Source: an uncultured Verrucomicrobiota bacterium (lineage in GTDB: Bacteria > Verrucomicrobiota > Verrucomicrobiia > Verrucomicrobiales > DEV007). Taken from it: a stretch of 64,000 bases of DNA. Position numbers and translations under genes: made by a program. This document shows positions 8,815 through 18,121 of this stretch, piece by piece. The notes under the pieces are model-generated. The model had not been told where the DNA came from. It was given only the letters and a program-made list of their open reading frames with translations, and searched no databases. The stretch spans positions 116 to 64,115 of the forward strand of contig CACIUL010000010.1 in NCBI GenBank assembly GCA_902589825.1, in the 5' to 3' direction. Positions within the stretch are counted from its first letter, which is position 1, and every line of letters starts with the position of its first letter.

Positions 8815-10263
8815 ATGAACCCGGGCATCTTTATACTCCTGGCATTTTCCACGGCTTCACTGCTTATCCTCGCCTACATCCTACGTTCCCAATCCGGCAT
8901 CATCAGGCAACTGCGAAACCAGCGTGACGCGATTGAAATTGAAGAGCACCGCATGTTTGATTTTCTGCACGGGCTCGGAGAAACACTCATCAAGGAAGAC
9001 TCAACCCAAACAACCATACTGCACCGCACGATCGTCCGTGGAGCCGCAGTTGTCGTCGACACACACGGTGCAGCCCTGTATCTGCTGGACAAGACCGGAA
9101 ACCGTCTCGTGCCTCAATACCAGAGCGAGGCATGTCCTCCACTGATCCCTATTCCCCCGCATATCACAAAGCAGGCCGTCGATGCCCCGAACACTCTTGG
9201 AAGTTACCTTAAGCTCACCAGTATCGGCAGTGAATGGGGACCTTTCGGCACAGCCCTGTCCACGGGGCAGCCGCAGTTTATTGAAAACTTAAGTGAAGAT
9301 AAATCCTTTCAGGACGCCGACTTGGAATGCCATCAAGGGGTCTCGGTCATTGTTGCCCCCCTGATTTATGGAAACAAAAAACTGGGGATCCTGGCAGTTG
9401 CCAACTCATCGGTTGCGGACCCGTTTACCAAGAATGATTTTGATGTCTTCCGCTCTGTTGCTGAACAGTCCGCCTTTGCCCTTGGTAATGCCATTATCCA
9501 CAACGAGGCAGCCGAGAAAAGGCGACTTGATGAGGAACTAAACACTGCCAGCGAAGTCCAGCGTATTCTACTTCCCGAAAAGGACCCCGAGGTCAAAGGT
9601 TACCGGATCGCGGGGCTGAACGTCCCGGCAAGGCTGGTAAGTGGAGACTATTTTGACTTCTTCGAAATTGACAATACCCACCTTGGCGTCGTTATCGCGG
9701 ATGTCTCCGGCAAAGGAGTACCTGCATCGCTGATTACTGCCATGTGCCGCAGCGTGGTACGTGCCAACTCATCCGGCAAACTTTCACCCTCCGAGGTACT
9801 CTCGAGGGCAAATTGCCAACTCTTCCCCGACATCAGGGAAGACATGTTTATAAGCCTTGCCTATCTGGTGCTGGAAGCAGATAACTCGGTAATCAAGCTG
9901 GCCAGGGCAGGGCATGATCCACCGCTTCACTACAAGGCGGTTGAGAAAAGCGTAACCGCCGTGCAAAGCCCGGGTATCGCCATAGGCATCGATGCCGGTA
10001 ATGTGTTTGACAAGGTCATCCAGGATGAAGAACTCAAACTGCTGCCTGGCGACATCCTGCTTCTTCACACCGATGGTGTCAATGAGGCCACCAACCAGCA
10101 CGGGGAGGAATTCGGGCTGGAACGCCTTTACCAGGCTTTGACCAGTGCTGCCCCGCAAGGCGCAACCGCGGTCATTGAAAGCATCCGCAATGCTGTGGAG
10201 GAATTTGCCGGAAACGTCAGCCAGAACGATGATATCACGCTGGTTGCTCTCGAGAAGTGCTGA
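8815..10263 (+). CDS. Membrane-anchored GAF-domain PP2C-type (SpoIIE/RsbU-like) serine phosphatase
   Basis: 482 aa with an N-terminal TM helix and a central GAF-like region. PP2C motifs SGDYFDFF, ADVSGKGVPAS, HTDGVNEA and NDDITLVAL are present. Confidence 0.8.
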   Translation: MNPGIFILLAFSTASLLILAYILRSQSGIIRQLRNQRDAIEIEEHRMFDFLHGLGETLIKEDSTQTTILHRTIVRGAAVVVDTHGAALYLLDKTGNRLVPQYQSEACPPLIPIPPHITKQAVDAPNTLGSYLKLTSIGSEWGPFGTALSTGQPQFIENLSEDKSFQDADLECHQGVSVIVAPLIYGNKKLGILAVANSSVADPFTKNDFDVFRSVAEQSAFALGNAIIHNEAAEKRRLDEELNTASEVQRILLPEKDPEVKGYRIAGLNVPARLVSGDYFDFFEIDNTHLGVVIADVSGKGVPASLITAMCRSVVRANSSGKLSPSEVLSRANCQLFPDIREDMFISLAYLVLEADNSVIKLARAGHDPPLHYKAVEKSVTAVQSPGIAIGIDAGNVFDKVIQDEELKLLPGDILLLHTDGVNEATNQHGEEFGLERLYQALTSAAPQGATAVIESIRNAVEEFAGNVSQNDDITLVALEKC

Positions 10264-10264
10264 G

Positions 10265-10283
10265 GTGCCAGAAACACTGGCAC
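10265..10283 (+). terminator. Hairpin immediately after the PP2C phosphatase stop (weak terminator candidate)
   Basis: gtgccag-aaaca-ctggcac gives a 7-bp stem and 5-nt loop, starting 2 nt after the TGA. No T-tract follows. Confidence 0.25.
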
Positions 10284-10389
10284 TGATGGCAATTGGCGAC
10301 CGGTTTGCAGGGATTTGTCAAAAGTGCATTTCTTTTCGGGAAATCCGCCCGTATCAGGGTATAATGCGCGCCCGAAAACAATCCCTTAA

Positions 10390-10986
10390 ATGACTGAAGA
10401 AGCTGAAAACAAGGCTGATAACGGTGAGGAGTCCAGCCCTGAGGCCGAAACTCCCATAAATAGCCACGAGGAAGAACAAGCGCAAAACGCGGATGAAGCG
10501 GCACCTGAAGAACCCGTGGAACCGGATGCCGCGCACTGGAAAGACGTTGCCGCCCGCAACCAGGCGGAGCTTGATAATTACAGGAAACGAATGGCGCGAG
10601 AGAAGGCGGAACAGGCTAAATGGGCGAATGCCAATCTCCTGGGAGAACTGTTGTCCGTTTTGGACAGCTTCCAGATGGGACTCGATGCCGCGAGGCTGGA
10701 TGACAAGGATTCTGTGATCACACAGGGCATGGAAATGGTGCAGCGACAACTCGATGAATTCCTTACCAACCAAGGCGTTGTGGAAGTGCCTGCCATCGGT
10801 GAACGCTTCGACCCGAATCAACACGAGGCCATATCACATGAACATCACCCCGAGGTGGCCGAAGGGGTAATCATCAGCCAGGTCCGTAGAGGCTTCCGGT
10901 TGCACGACAGGTTGTTGCGGGCCTCAAATGTCCTTGTGTCCAAGGGACCGGAGGACGTGGAAGCCGCCGGGACTCCAGAAGAATAA
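10390..10986 (+). CDS. grpE: Nucleotide exchange factor GrpE
   Basis: 198 aa with an acidic N-terminus, NYRKRMAREK, and the C-terminal motif FDPNQHEAISH...GFRLHDRLLRASNVLVS. Confidence 0.9.
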   Translation: MTEEAENKADNGEESSPEAETPINSHEEEQAQNADEAAPEEPVEPDAAHWKDVAARNQAELDNYRKRMAREKAEQAKWANANLLGELLSVLDSFQMGLDAARLDDKDSVITQGMEMVQRQLDEFLTNQGVVEVPAIGERFDPNQHEAISHEHHPEVAEGVIISQVRRGFRLHDRLLRASNVLVSKGPEDVEAAGTPEE

Positions 10987-11066
10987 CAGGAGCTGTGCCT
11001 GATTCATGCTCCCTGCTGAATTAATTATCCTCTAATCCTTAACCTTCACTTCCTGCCAGATTCCTG

Positions 11067-12206
11067 ATGTCAAAACGAGACTACTATGAGGTCCTAGGGA
11101 TCAGTAAAGGGGCATCTGCTTCGGAAATAAAGAAAGCCTACCGCAAGGCAGCAGTTGAGCATCACCCCGACAAAAACCCCGATGACCCTCAGGCTGAAGA
11201 ACGCTTCAAGGAGGTTGGCGAGGCCTACGAGATTCTCTCCAATGAGGAAAAACGCGCTGCCTACGACCGCTTCGGTCATTCAGCCTTCTCCGGCGGCGGC
11301 CAGCGTTCCCATGATCCATTTGACCTGTTCCGGGAAGTTTTCGGTGGTGGCGGCGGCGGCGGCGGCGGTGGAATATTCGAGGAACTCTTCGGTGGTGGTG
11401 GTGGTGGCAGGGGAAGGAGAGGTGGCGCCAATAACCGTGGAGCCGATCTTCGCTATGACCTTGAGCTCACCCTTGAGGAAGCTGCGGCGGGAACCGAAAA
11501 ACAACTCGAGCTTGAAAAGGCGGTCTGTTGCAAAAAATGTTCCGGGTCCGGTTCATCCAGTGGTTCCGGATCCACGACATGCAATACCTGCGGAGGACAT
11601 GGACAGGTGATTTCCTCCAGGGGATTTTTCCAGGTCCAGCAAACATGCCCGGATTGTCGTGGAGGTGGAAAAATTGTCGAAAATCCCTGCCCGGATTGTC
11701 GCGGTGAGGGCCGGCTCGAGGAACTCTCAAGGATCAAGTTGAAAATCCCGGCCGGCATTGCCCACGGGTCAAGGATTCGCTCCACCGGAAATGGTGAGGC
11801 CGGATGGCGGGGGGGCGAAAGCGGGGACCTTTATGTTGTGATCCATATCAAGGAACACGATGTTTTTGACCGCGAAGACAATGACCTTTTCTGTGATGTA
11901 CCGATACCCTTTATCGTGGCCACGCTGGGAGGCGAGCTGGAAATCCCCACCCTGACCGGAAAGGCTTCCATCAAGATACCGCCGGGCACCCAGAATGCGA
12001 CGGTATTCCGCCTGCGGGACCGGGGTATACAATTCCTCAATTCCACGCGCAAGGGAGACCTTATGGTACAGGTCCAGGTGGAAATTCCCACGAAACTCAA
12101 CAAGCAGCAACGCGAAGCCCTGCAGACATTCGCCGATACCATTGGAGTGAAGAATTCACCCATGCACGAGAGCTTTTTCAAGAAGGCAAAAAGGTTCTTC
12201 AGCTGA
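11067..12206 (+). CDS. dnaJ: Molecular chaperone DnaJ
   Basis: J-domain (DYYEVLGI...HPDKNP), a G/F-rich tract, and four CxxCxGxG zinc motifs. Confidence 0.95.
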   Translation: MSKRDYYEVLGISKGASASEIKKAYRKAAVEHHPDKNPDDPQAEERFKEVGEAYEILSNEEKRAAYDRFGHSAFSGGGQRSHDPFDLFREVFGGGGGGGGGGIFEELFGGGGGGRGRRGGANNRGADLRYDLELTLEEAAAGTEKQLELEKAVCCKKCSGSGSSSGSGSTTCNTCGGHGQVISSRGFFQVQQTCPDCRGGGKIVENPCPDCRGEGRLEELSRIKLKIPAGIAHGSRIRSTGNGEAGWRGGESGDLYVVIHIKEHDVFDREDNDLFCDVPIPFIVATLGGELEIPTLTGKASIKIPPGTQNATVFRLRDRGIQFLNSTRKGDLMVQVQVEIPTKLNKQQREALQTFADTIGVKNSPMHESFFKKAKRFFS

Positions 12207-12314
12207 AATGGACAAACCCCGCCAACCCCAGCCGGGAGAAGCCAGTTGGAGTAAGACCGCGTCCCTGCCCGGCAAAGCCATGAAGCAATTCCAGTCACCC
12301 TCTTACTTTTGCTG

Positions 12315-13064
12315 ATGCACCGATTCTATATTCCCCCTGAAAACTGGAACCCGGAAGAACTCATACTTCCAGAAAGCGAATCCCACCACTGCCTCAATGT
12401 CCTGCGTCTCGGTGCGGGTAGCAGGGTCACTGTTTTCAATGGCAAGGGATATGAAATAACCACCACCATTGTCGAGTCCAACAAGGGAGCGGTGAAGCTC
12501 AACAGCAGTGCCCCCCAGAAAACACCACCGCTCCGGGCACATATCACCCTCTGTCAGGCGCTACCCAAGGGCAAGAATATGGAACTGATCATCGAAAAGG
12601 CCACAGAGCTCGGTGTTGCTGAAGTCTACCCACTGCTTTCTGAACGAACAGTCATCAGGCTCGACCCGGAAGAAAGGGAGAAAAAGCGGGAGAAATGGCA
12701 ACGCGTGGCCATTGAAGCATGCAAACAATCCGGACAGAACTGGCTGCCAACCATCCATTGCCCCCAGCCCACGGAAAGTTTTTGTGCCTCCGGGTTTCCT
12801 GACTGTCAGCTGCCGCTTGTCGCATCCCTGCAACCCGGATCGCGCCGACTCAAGGAAATCCTCTCAGCTTACCAATCTGAGCATCAGGAATCGATGCCAG
12901 ATTCCGCCCTCATCCTCATAGGCCCTGAGGGCGACTACACGCCGGCAGAGATTAATATGGCGCAGAATGCGGGTTGCCTTCCCATGACACTGGGCCCCAT
13001 CGTCCTGAGAACAGAGACTGCCGCCATCTACTCACTGAGCATCCTTGCCCATGAGTTGCTCTAA
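12315..13064 (+). CDS. rsmE: 16S rRNA (uracil1498-N3)-methyltransferase RsmE
   Basis: Starts MHRFYIPPENW. C-terminal SPOUT motif LIGPEGDYTPAEI...LGPIVLRTETA. The ATG at 12315 is preferred over the TTG at 12309. Confidence 0.8.
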   Translation: MHRFYIPPENWNPEELILPESESHHCLNVLRLGAGSRVTVFNGKGYEITTTIVESNKGAVKLNSSAPQKTPPLRAHITLCQALPKGKNMELIIEKATELGVAEVYPLLSERTVIRLDPEEREKKREKWQRVAIEACKQSGQNWLPTIHCPQPTESFCASGFPDCQLPLVASLQPGSRRLKEILSAYQSEHQESMPDSALILIGPEGDYTPAEINMAQNAGCLPMTLGPIVLRTETAAIYSLSILAHELL

Positions 13065-13085
13065 GACCAATGTCTTGCAGGCAAC

Positions 13086-14081
13086 CTACTTGCCAAGCAC
13101 CCAGACGTTGCGATACCTGACCGGGTTACCGTGATTCTGGAAAAACACCGGCCCTGGCTGGGGACCCTCCCGCATCGGCGAGGCCGTGGTGGCATGATCG
13201 CACACGGTCTTGTCATGGATTAACACGCCGTTGTGACGCACTGTCATGATGGCATTGGCTATTTTCTTGCCGTCCTTGAACTTGGCCGCCGTGAAGTCGA
13301 CATCATAGGTTTGCCAGGTCAGCGGGGGAAAACACATGTTGATCGACGGTGCCTTGGTCGAATAAATACCACCACACTCATTGTGGTGCCCCTCAAGGCC
13401 AAAGGAATCAAGCACCTGAACCTCATACCGCCCATGAGCGTAAAATCCGCTGTTGCCACGCCCCTGACCACGTGCCTTTGGCTTGTAAGGGGTGCGGAAC
13501 TCAAAATGAATCTTGAAGTCCCCGAAAGTCTGCTTGCTGGTGCAGCCCTCCATAAGCAGGCCATCCTTACTCATCCGTCCGCCCTTCCACAAGTCAGCAC
13601 CATGTTTCTTGCCGTCAAAAAGTATCACGGCACCTTCCGGGGCCTTGGCGCCAAGGGTTGGACTCTTGCGCACAAGGCGCTTTAAAGTGCCAACTTCCTG
13701 GCCATCACTCAGGATGGTGATCACGCCATCCTTAATAATACCCTGCGACCCATTGGACATGTTGAAAGTCGTCACGCCGTCCTTTGTCTCACCCTTGCCC
13801 TTGATCCGGTTTGCCTTGTCACCATTCCAGCCGTCACCCGGAAGACCACCTGGATAGCCAACCGCATCAAACTTGCCGTCCCCCAGAGCTATCACCTGGC
13901 CGCCCATTTTCTCCCCGTCAACAGCACCACTGTATTCACCCTGGATGGCATAGTCCGCATCGACATTAGCCGGGTCAATATACGTGCCACCTTTGCCGGG
14001 TGCTGCAAAAAGGGTCGCTACAGAAAAAAATGAGGACAGGGCGATGGTAAAAGTCTTTCTTTTCATATCTAATGAAGGCAT
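13086..14081 (-). CDS. Secreted DUF1080 (3-keto-disaccharide hydrolase-like) domain protein
   Basis: Signal peptide, then the C-terminal DUF1080 pattern FEFRTPY...NSGFY...YEVQVLDS...GGIY...FQNHGNPVRYRNVWV. Confidence 0.7.
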   Translation of the reverse strand: MPSLDMKRKTFTIALSSFFSVATLFAAPGKGGTYIDPANVDADYAIQGEYSGAVDGEKMGGQVIALGDGKFDAVGYPGGLPGDGWNGDKANRIKGKGETKDGVTTFNMSNGSQGIIKDGVITILSDGQEVGTLKRLVRKSPTLGAKAPEGAVILFDGKKHGADLWKGGRMSKDGLLMEGCTSKQTFGDFKIHFEFRTPYKPKARGQGRGNSGFYAHGRYEVQVLDSFGLEGHHNECGGIYSTKAPSINMCFPPLTWQTYDVDFTAAKFKDGKKIANAIMTVRHNGVLIHDKTVCDHATTASPMREGPQPGPVFFQNHGNPVRYRNVWVLGK

Positions 14082-14127
14082 TCTGTATCAATACTACCGA
14101 ATTAAGAAACCAAAAATTTCACTTTCC

Positions 14128-15315
14128 ATGCAAATTCATCAATTCCTCGCCTCATTTATGGCGGCCGGTTCAATGCTTTTAAGCACGGTTGCTGCACAAA
14201 ATGTCAGCTTTAAAGTCGCTTATCCCGACCTGAAGATCAAAAAACCCGTCTGGGCTACCACGCTTCCTGGCAGTGACAAGGAACTCATTGTCGCACAGGG
14301 AGGAGTGATCTATGAGTTGCCAAAGGATCGCAATGCCAAGTCTGCACCGGTCTGGCTTGACCTGACAAACCGGGTTGTCATTGACAAAGACTTCGAGGAA
14401 GGCCTGCTCGGGCTTGCTTTCCACCCAAAACACAAAGCCAACGGTAAATTCTATGTTTACTACTCACGGCAAAACCCAAAACGCGCCATCCTATCAGAAT
14501 TTGTCGCCAAGGACGGCAAGCCGGATACGGCAAGTGAGCGCATCCTGCTGGAAATCGCCCAGCCATTCTGGAACCATGATTCCGGCCAGATGACCTTTGG
14601 TCCGGATGGGCACCTTTATGTTTCCACCGGGGATGGCGGCAAGGGCAACGACCCGCTAATGACTTCACAGAACCTCTTCAGTCTGCTGGGCAAGATCCTG
14701 AGACTGGATGTCGACAGCAAGTCAGGCGACCTCGCCTATGGCATCCCGAAGGATAACCCCTTCATCGGGAAACCCGGTATCCGCCCGGAAATCTGGTGTT
14801 ACGGCATGCGCAACCCATGGGGCCTGCATTTTGACAAGTCCGGCCGCCTGTGGTGCGCGGACGTGGGACAGGCACTCTGGGAGGAAATCAACCTGGTGGA
14901 AAAGGGCGGCAACTATGGCTGGAGCTACCGTGAAGGCGCACATGACTTTCAATTAAGCAGGAATCCTCCCCTGCAAACCGAGGGTAAGGATGCCGTGAAG
15001 CTTATTGACCCGGTGCACGAGTACAGCCATGCCGATGGCATCAGCATTACCGGAGGCGTTGTCTATGAAGGCAAGGCCTTCCCGGCCCTGAAGGGCAGCT
15101 ACATCTACGGTGACTGGGGCTCGGGTTTCATGTGGGCCCTGAAAGTCAATGATGCCGGCAAGAAAACTGCCAACACCATCCTGCGCAAGCGCAACGCGGC
15201 AGGTAAAAGTGCATTCAAGGGCACCGGCTTTCAGCCCACTGCCATTACCATCCGCCCTGACGGCGAACTATGGATCCTTTCATGGGATGGAAAAATTTAC
15301 GAGATGAGCAAATAA
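14128..15315 (+). CDS. PQQ-dependent sugar dehydrogenase (soluble GDH/sorbosone dehydrogenase family)
   Basis: Start moved to the internal ATG at 14128, giving signal peptide MQIHQFLASFMAAGSMLLSTVAAQ. Motifs GLLGLAFHP, FWNHDSGQMTFGPDGHLYVSTGDGG and YGMRNPWG are present. Confidence 0.75.
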   Translation: MQIHQFLASFMAAGSMLLSTVAAQNVSFKVAYPDLKIKKPVWATTLPGSDKELIVAQGGVIYELPKDRNAKSAPVWLDLTNRVVIDKDFEEGLLGLAFHPKHKANGKFYVYYSRQNPKRAILSEFVAKDGKPDTASERILLEIAQPFWNHDSGQMTFGPDGHLYVSTGDGGKGNDPLMTSQNLFSLLGKILRLDVDSKSGDLAYGIPKDNPFIGKPGIRPEIWCYGMRNPWGLHFDKSGRLWCADVGQALWEEINLVEKGGNYGWSYREGAHDFQLSRNPPLQTEGKDAVKLIDPVHEYSHADGISITGGVVYEGKAFPALKGSYIYGDWGSGFMWALKVNDAGKKTANTILRKRNAAGKSAFKGTGFQPTAITIRPDGELWILSWDGKIYEMSK

Positions 15316-15362
15316 AACTCGTCATCAGGAAAATCCCGGCCAAACAAAAAAGATTCGTTTCA

Positions 15363-15389
15363 CCGGAGCAGGGTAACCTGCTCCGGTTT
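15363..15389 (+). terminator. Candidate rho-independent terminator after the sugar dehydrogenase gene
   Basis: Perfect 10-bp stem ccggagcagg / cctgctccgg with loop gtaa, followed by ttt. It lies 48 nt after the stop codon. Confidence 0.5.
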
Positions 15390-15506
15390 CCATGCAGCCA
15401 TGGTGAGAATTTTTGCTTTTACTCGCCCAGGCGTTAACCATCAAAAAAACCCGCTCTCAGCAACCTGCCAAGGTCTCTCTTATTGTTTTCCCCACAGGAC
15501 CAATAG

Positions 15507-17780
15507 ATGAAACGGTTAACCTGCACAGTGCTTGCAATCCTCTGCACCTCCGGTGCCATGCAGGCCGAGGTGCAATACAACCGGGATATCCTGCCCATCC
15601 TGACCGAAAAATGCCTTGCCTGCCATGGGGCAGATTCAAGCAAGCGCAAGGCCAAGCTACGCCTTGACGAAAAAGAATCGGCCTATGCCAGGCGAGATGG
15701 GTCATCGGCAATTGTCCCCGGAAACCCTGAAAAAAGCAGCCTGATCACGCGCATTTTCTCAAGCGATGTGGATGAGATAATGCCGCCACCTGACCAGAAA
15801 ACCAAACGGTTAAGTGCCGCAGAGAAGCAATTACTCAGACAATGGATTGCACAGGGTGCCGAATATGAAGAGCATTGGGCTTTTCAACCACCAGAGAAAC
15901 CGGTACTGCCTGCCAGCGGCACCTGGGGCCATAATGAAATTGACCGCTTTGTCCTGGCGCGACTCACAAGCAATGGGCTAGTGCCCCAGAGACAAGCCCG
16001 CAAGGAGCGGTTGATCCGCCGGGCCAGCATTGACCTGACCGGGTTACCTCCTACCCCCGGCGAGGTGGACGCCTTCCTGGCAGACAAGTCACCACAGGCC
16101 TACTCCCGGCTGATTGACCGCCTGCTCACATCTCCGCGGTTTGGAGAACGCATGGCTGCATGGTGGCTTGATGGGGCACGCTATGGAGACAGCCACGGTT
16201 ATGACAACGACCTGGAAAACTCCCAGTGGCCCTGGAGAAACTGGGTGATTGAATCATTTAATGCCAATAAGCCTTTTGATCAGTTCACCATAGAGCAGCT
16301 TGCCGGGGATCTTCTTCCTGACGCGAACGAGGAGCAGGTTCTGGCCACGGGTTTTAACCGCAACCACCGTATCCAGACAGAAGGCGGTGCTATCGATGAG
16401 GAATGGCGAACGGAATATGTCATCGACCGGGTCGAGACAATGGGTGCTGTTTTCATGGGCCTGACGTTGAGTTGCGCGCGATGCCATGACCACAAGTACG
16501 ACCCTGTCAGCCAGAAGGAATTCTACCAGCTCTTCGCCCTGTTTAACAACCTTGATGAAAAAGGATTTATCAACAACCTGCGCGGCAGTGCTGACCCGAA
16601 GGTCCGCTATCGGCTCAGGGAATACAATGAAAAGCTCCTTGCCATCAACGAGCGGCAGCATGACAAAAAGGCTCGGGAAAAGGAAATTGCCGAACTCAAC
16701 AGGCAGCACCCCCACGTGATGATCATGCGCGATAACAAGCCGCGCAAGGCCTATGTCCTGCATCGCGGACAATATGATGCCCCACGAGAGGAAGTAACCG
16801 CCGGAATTCCCCGGGCATTTCCTCCCGCACAGGAAGGCAGAATCACCACGCGCCTGGAATTGGCTCGATGGCTGGTTGCCAGGCAACACCCGCTCACGGC
16901 CAGGGTCATCGTCAACCGGCTCTGGGAGCAGCTCTTCGGGATCGGCATTGTCAAGAGCTCCGAGAATCTCGGGATCCAGTCTGATTGGCCAAGCCATCCG
17001 GCTTTGCTGGACTGGCTGGCAGTGCAATTCATGGAATCCGGATGGAATATCAAGGAACTGCTCAGGAAAATGATGCTCAGTGCCTCCTACCAACAAAGCG
17101 CGGTTGTGGACGCAAACCGCCTGGAGCGCGACCCGGAAAATCGGCTCCTCAGCCGTGGACCACGTAACCGCCTGCAGGCGGAGATGCTGCGGGACCAGGC
17201 CCTGATGCTTTCCGGTTTGCTGGTCGAGAAACTGGGCGGGCCAAGCTGGTGGGTCTATCAGCCCGCAGGGCTTTGGGAAGAGGTCGAGAAACGCGGGAGC
17301 TTCGTCCAGGATCATGGTGAAAAACTCTACCGGCGCAGCCTTTATTCCCGGATTCGTCGCACTGTGGCACCGCCAAGCATGCGGCTCTTTGACCAGCCAA
17401 GCAGGGAATTCTGCACGGTGAAAAGAACGCAGACCAATACTCCCCTGCAGGCCCTAGCGTTAATGAATGAAGTCACCTATGTGGAAGCTTCCAAGAAATT
17501 TGCCGAGCGAATGATCCTTGAGGGCAAAACCGTGGAACAGGCGGTTACCTGGGGCTTCAGGAGCGCCACATCCCGGTTCCCTGAAGACAAAGAACTTGAA
17601 ATACTCTTGAGTGGTTACCGGAAGCGCCTGGCATTTTACCTTCAAAACCCCCAAGCCGCAGAGGCACTGCTCAGCCAGGGGGAATCCCTTGTAGCTGATC
17701 ACCTCCCCAAAGGCCAACTGGCTGCATTGACGACGGTGGCCAGTGTCATCCTGAACCTTGATGAAGTAATTAACAAATGA
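15507..17780 (+). CDS. PSCyt1 (cytochrome c-like) / DUF1549 / DUF1553 domain protein
   Basis: 757 aa with a signal peptide and heme-c motif CLACHG near the N-terminus. The layout is typical of the PVC DUF1549...DUF1553 family, which is normally paired with DUF1501. Confidence 0.75.
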   Translation: MKRLTCTVLAILCTSGAMQAEVQYNRDILPILTEKCLACHGADSSKRKAKLRLDEKESAYARRDGSSAIVPGNPEKSSLITRIFSSDVDEIMPPPDQKTKRLSAAEKQLLRQWIAQGAEYEEHWAFQPPEKPVLPASGTWGHNEIDRFVLARLTSNGLVPQRQARKERLIRRASIDLTGLPPTPGEVDAFLADKSPQAYSRLIDRLLTSPRFGERMAAWWLDGARYGDSHGYDNDLENSQWPWRNWVIESFNANKPFDQFTIEQLAGDLLPDANEEQVLATGFNRNHRIQTEGGAIDEEWRTEYVIDRVETMGAVFMGLTLSCARCHDHKYDPVSQKEFYQLFALFNNLDEKGFINNLRGSADPKVRYRLREYNEKLLAINERQHDKKAREKEIAELNRQHPHVMIMRDNKPRKAYVLHRGQYDAPREEVTAGIPRAFPPAQEGRITTRLELARWLVARQHPLTARVIVNRLWEQLFGIGIVKSSENLGIQSDWPSHPALLDWLAVQFMESGWNIKELLRKMMLSASYQQSAVVDANRLERDPENRLLSRGPRNRLQAEMLRDQALMLSGLLVEKLGGPSWWVYQPAGLWEEVEKRGSFVQDHGEKLYRRSLYSRIRRTVAPPSMRLFDQPSREFCTVKRTQTNTPLQALALMNEVTYVEASKKFAERMILEGKTVEQAVTWGFRSATSRFPEDKELEILLSGYRKRLAFYLQNPQAAEALLSQGESLVADHLPKGQLAALTTVASVILNLDEVINK

Positions 17781-18121
17781 AGCGGGTTATTGAGCGGAAA
17801 AGTCAGGAAAATAAAGCAAGTCATTTGCCGGGTGATGATCCAGAAAGCGTCAAAAAGGTGAGGCGAGCCATTTCCCGATCACGGCTTCGTGACCCCCTCC
17901 GGGGTGCTCCATACCTGATAAGGCAGCTTGTTGGCTCATTCACCACCATTATTGTCATGATGACCTTCATCTACTTTGGCAGCCTCATCCTAGGGGAAGC
18001 AGGAGCTGCTTTGGGATTTGTCGTAGGACTGTTTCTTGGCCTGTGGCTTCCTCCCCACCTCCATGAAGGGGATGACAAGCATGAACGACAGGAACCGCAA
18101 CCAACTGATGAGAGCCGCTAA
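17777..18121 (+). CDS. Hypothetical small membrane protein (uncertain)
   Basis: 114-aa ORF whose ATG overlaps the upstream TGA (ATGA). It has a hydrophobic stretch (FTTIIVMMTFIYFGSLILGEAGAALGFVVGLFLGLWL). It fills the DUF1553-DUF1501 gap and overlaps the DUF1501 5' end. Confidence 0.3.
   Translation: MKRVIERKSQENKASHLPGDDPESVKKVRRAISRSRLRDPLRGAPYLIRQLVGSFTTIIVMMTFIYFGSLILGEAGAALGFVVGLFLGLWLPPHLHEGDDKHERQEPQPTDESR

Noticed and set aside
10265-10283. CTGGCAC in the hairpin after the PP2C gene as a sigma-54 -24 element or CIRCE-like heat-shock operator for grpE
   Set aside because: The downstream spacing and sequence (TGGCACTGATGGCAAT) do not give a TTGCW -12 element. The sequence does not match the CIRCE consensus TTAGCACTC-N9-GAGTGCTAA.
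10293-10302. TTGGCGACCG upstream of grpE matching the core of the 7541-7572 tandem repeat
   Set aside because: The 9-mer TTGGCGACC also occurs inside the coding regions of cdaA and recN. It looks like a compositionally common word rather than a shared operator.
11343-11410. GGY triplet repeat tract (ggtggtggcggcggcggc...)
   Set aside because: It encodes the canonical Gly/Phe-rich linker of DnaJ and is not a regulatory microsatellite.
13984-14127. N-terminal 48-aa extension of the sugar dehydrogenase ORF
   Set aside because: It overlaps the divergent DUF1080 gene start. The internal ATG at 14128 yields a proper signal peptide.
16254-17315. 353-aa minus-strand ORF inside the PSCyt/DUF1553 gene
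   Set aside because: It is antisense to a confidently recognised 757-aa gene. The sequence is low-complexity and Pro/Arg/Leu-rich with no motifs. This is a typical shadow ORF of GC-rich coding DNA.
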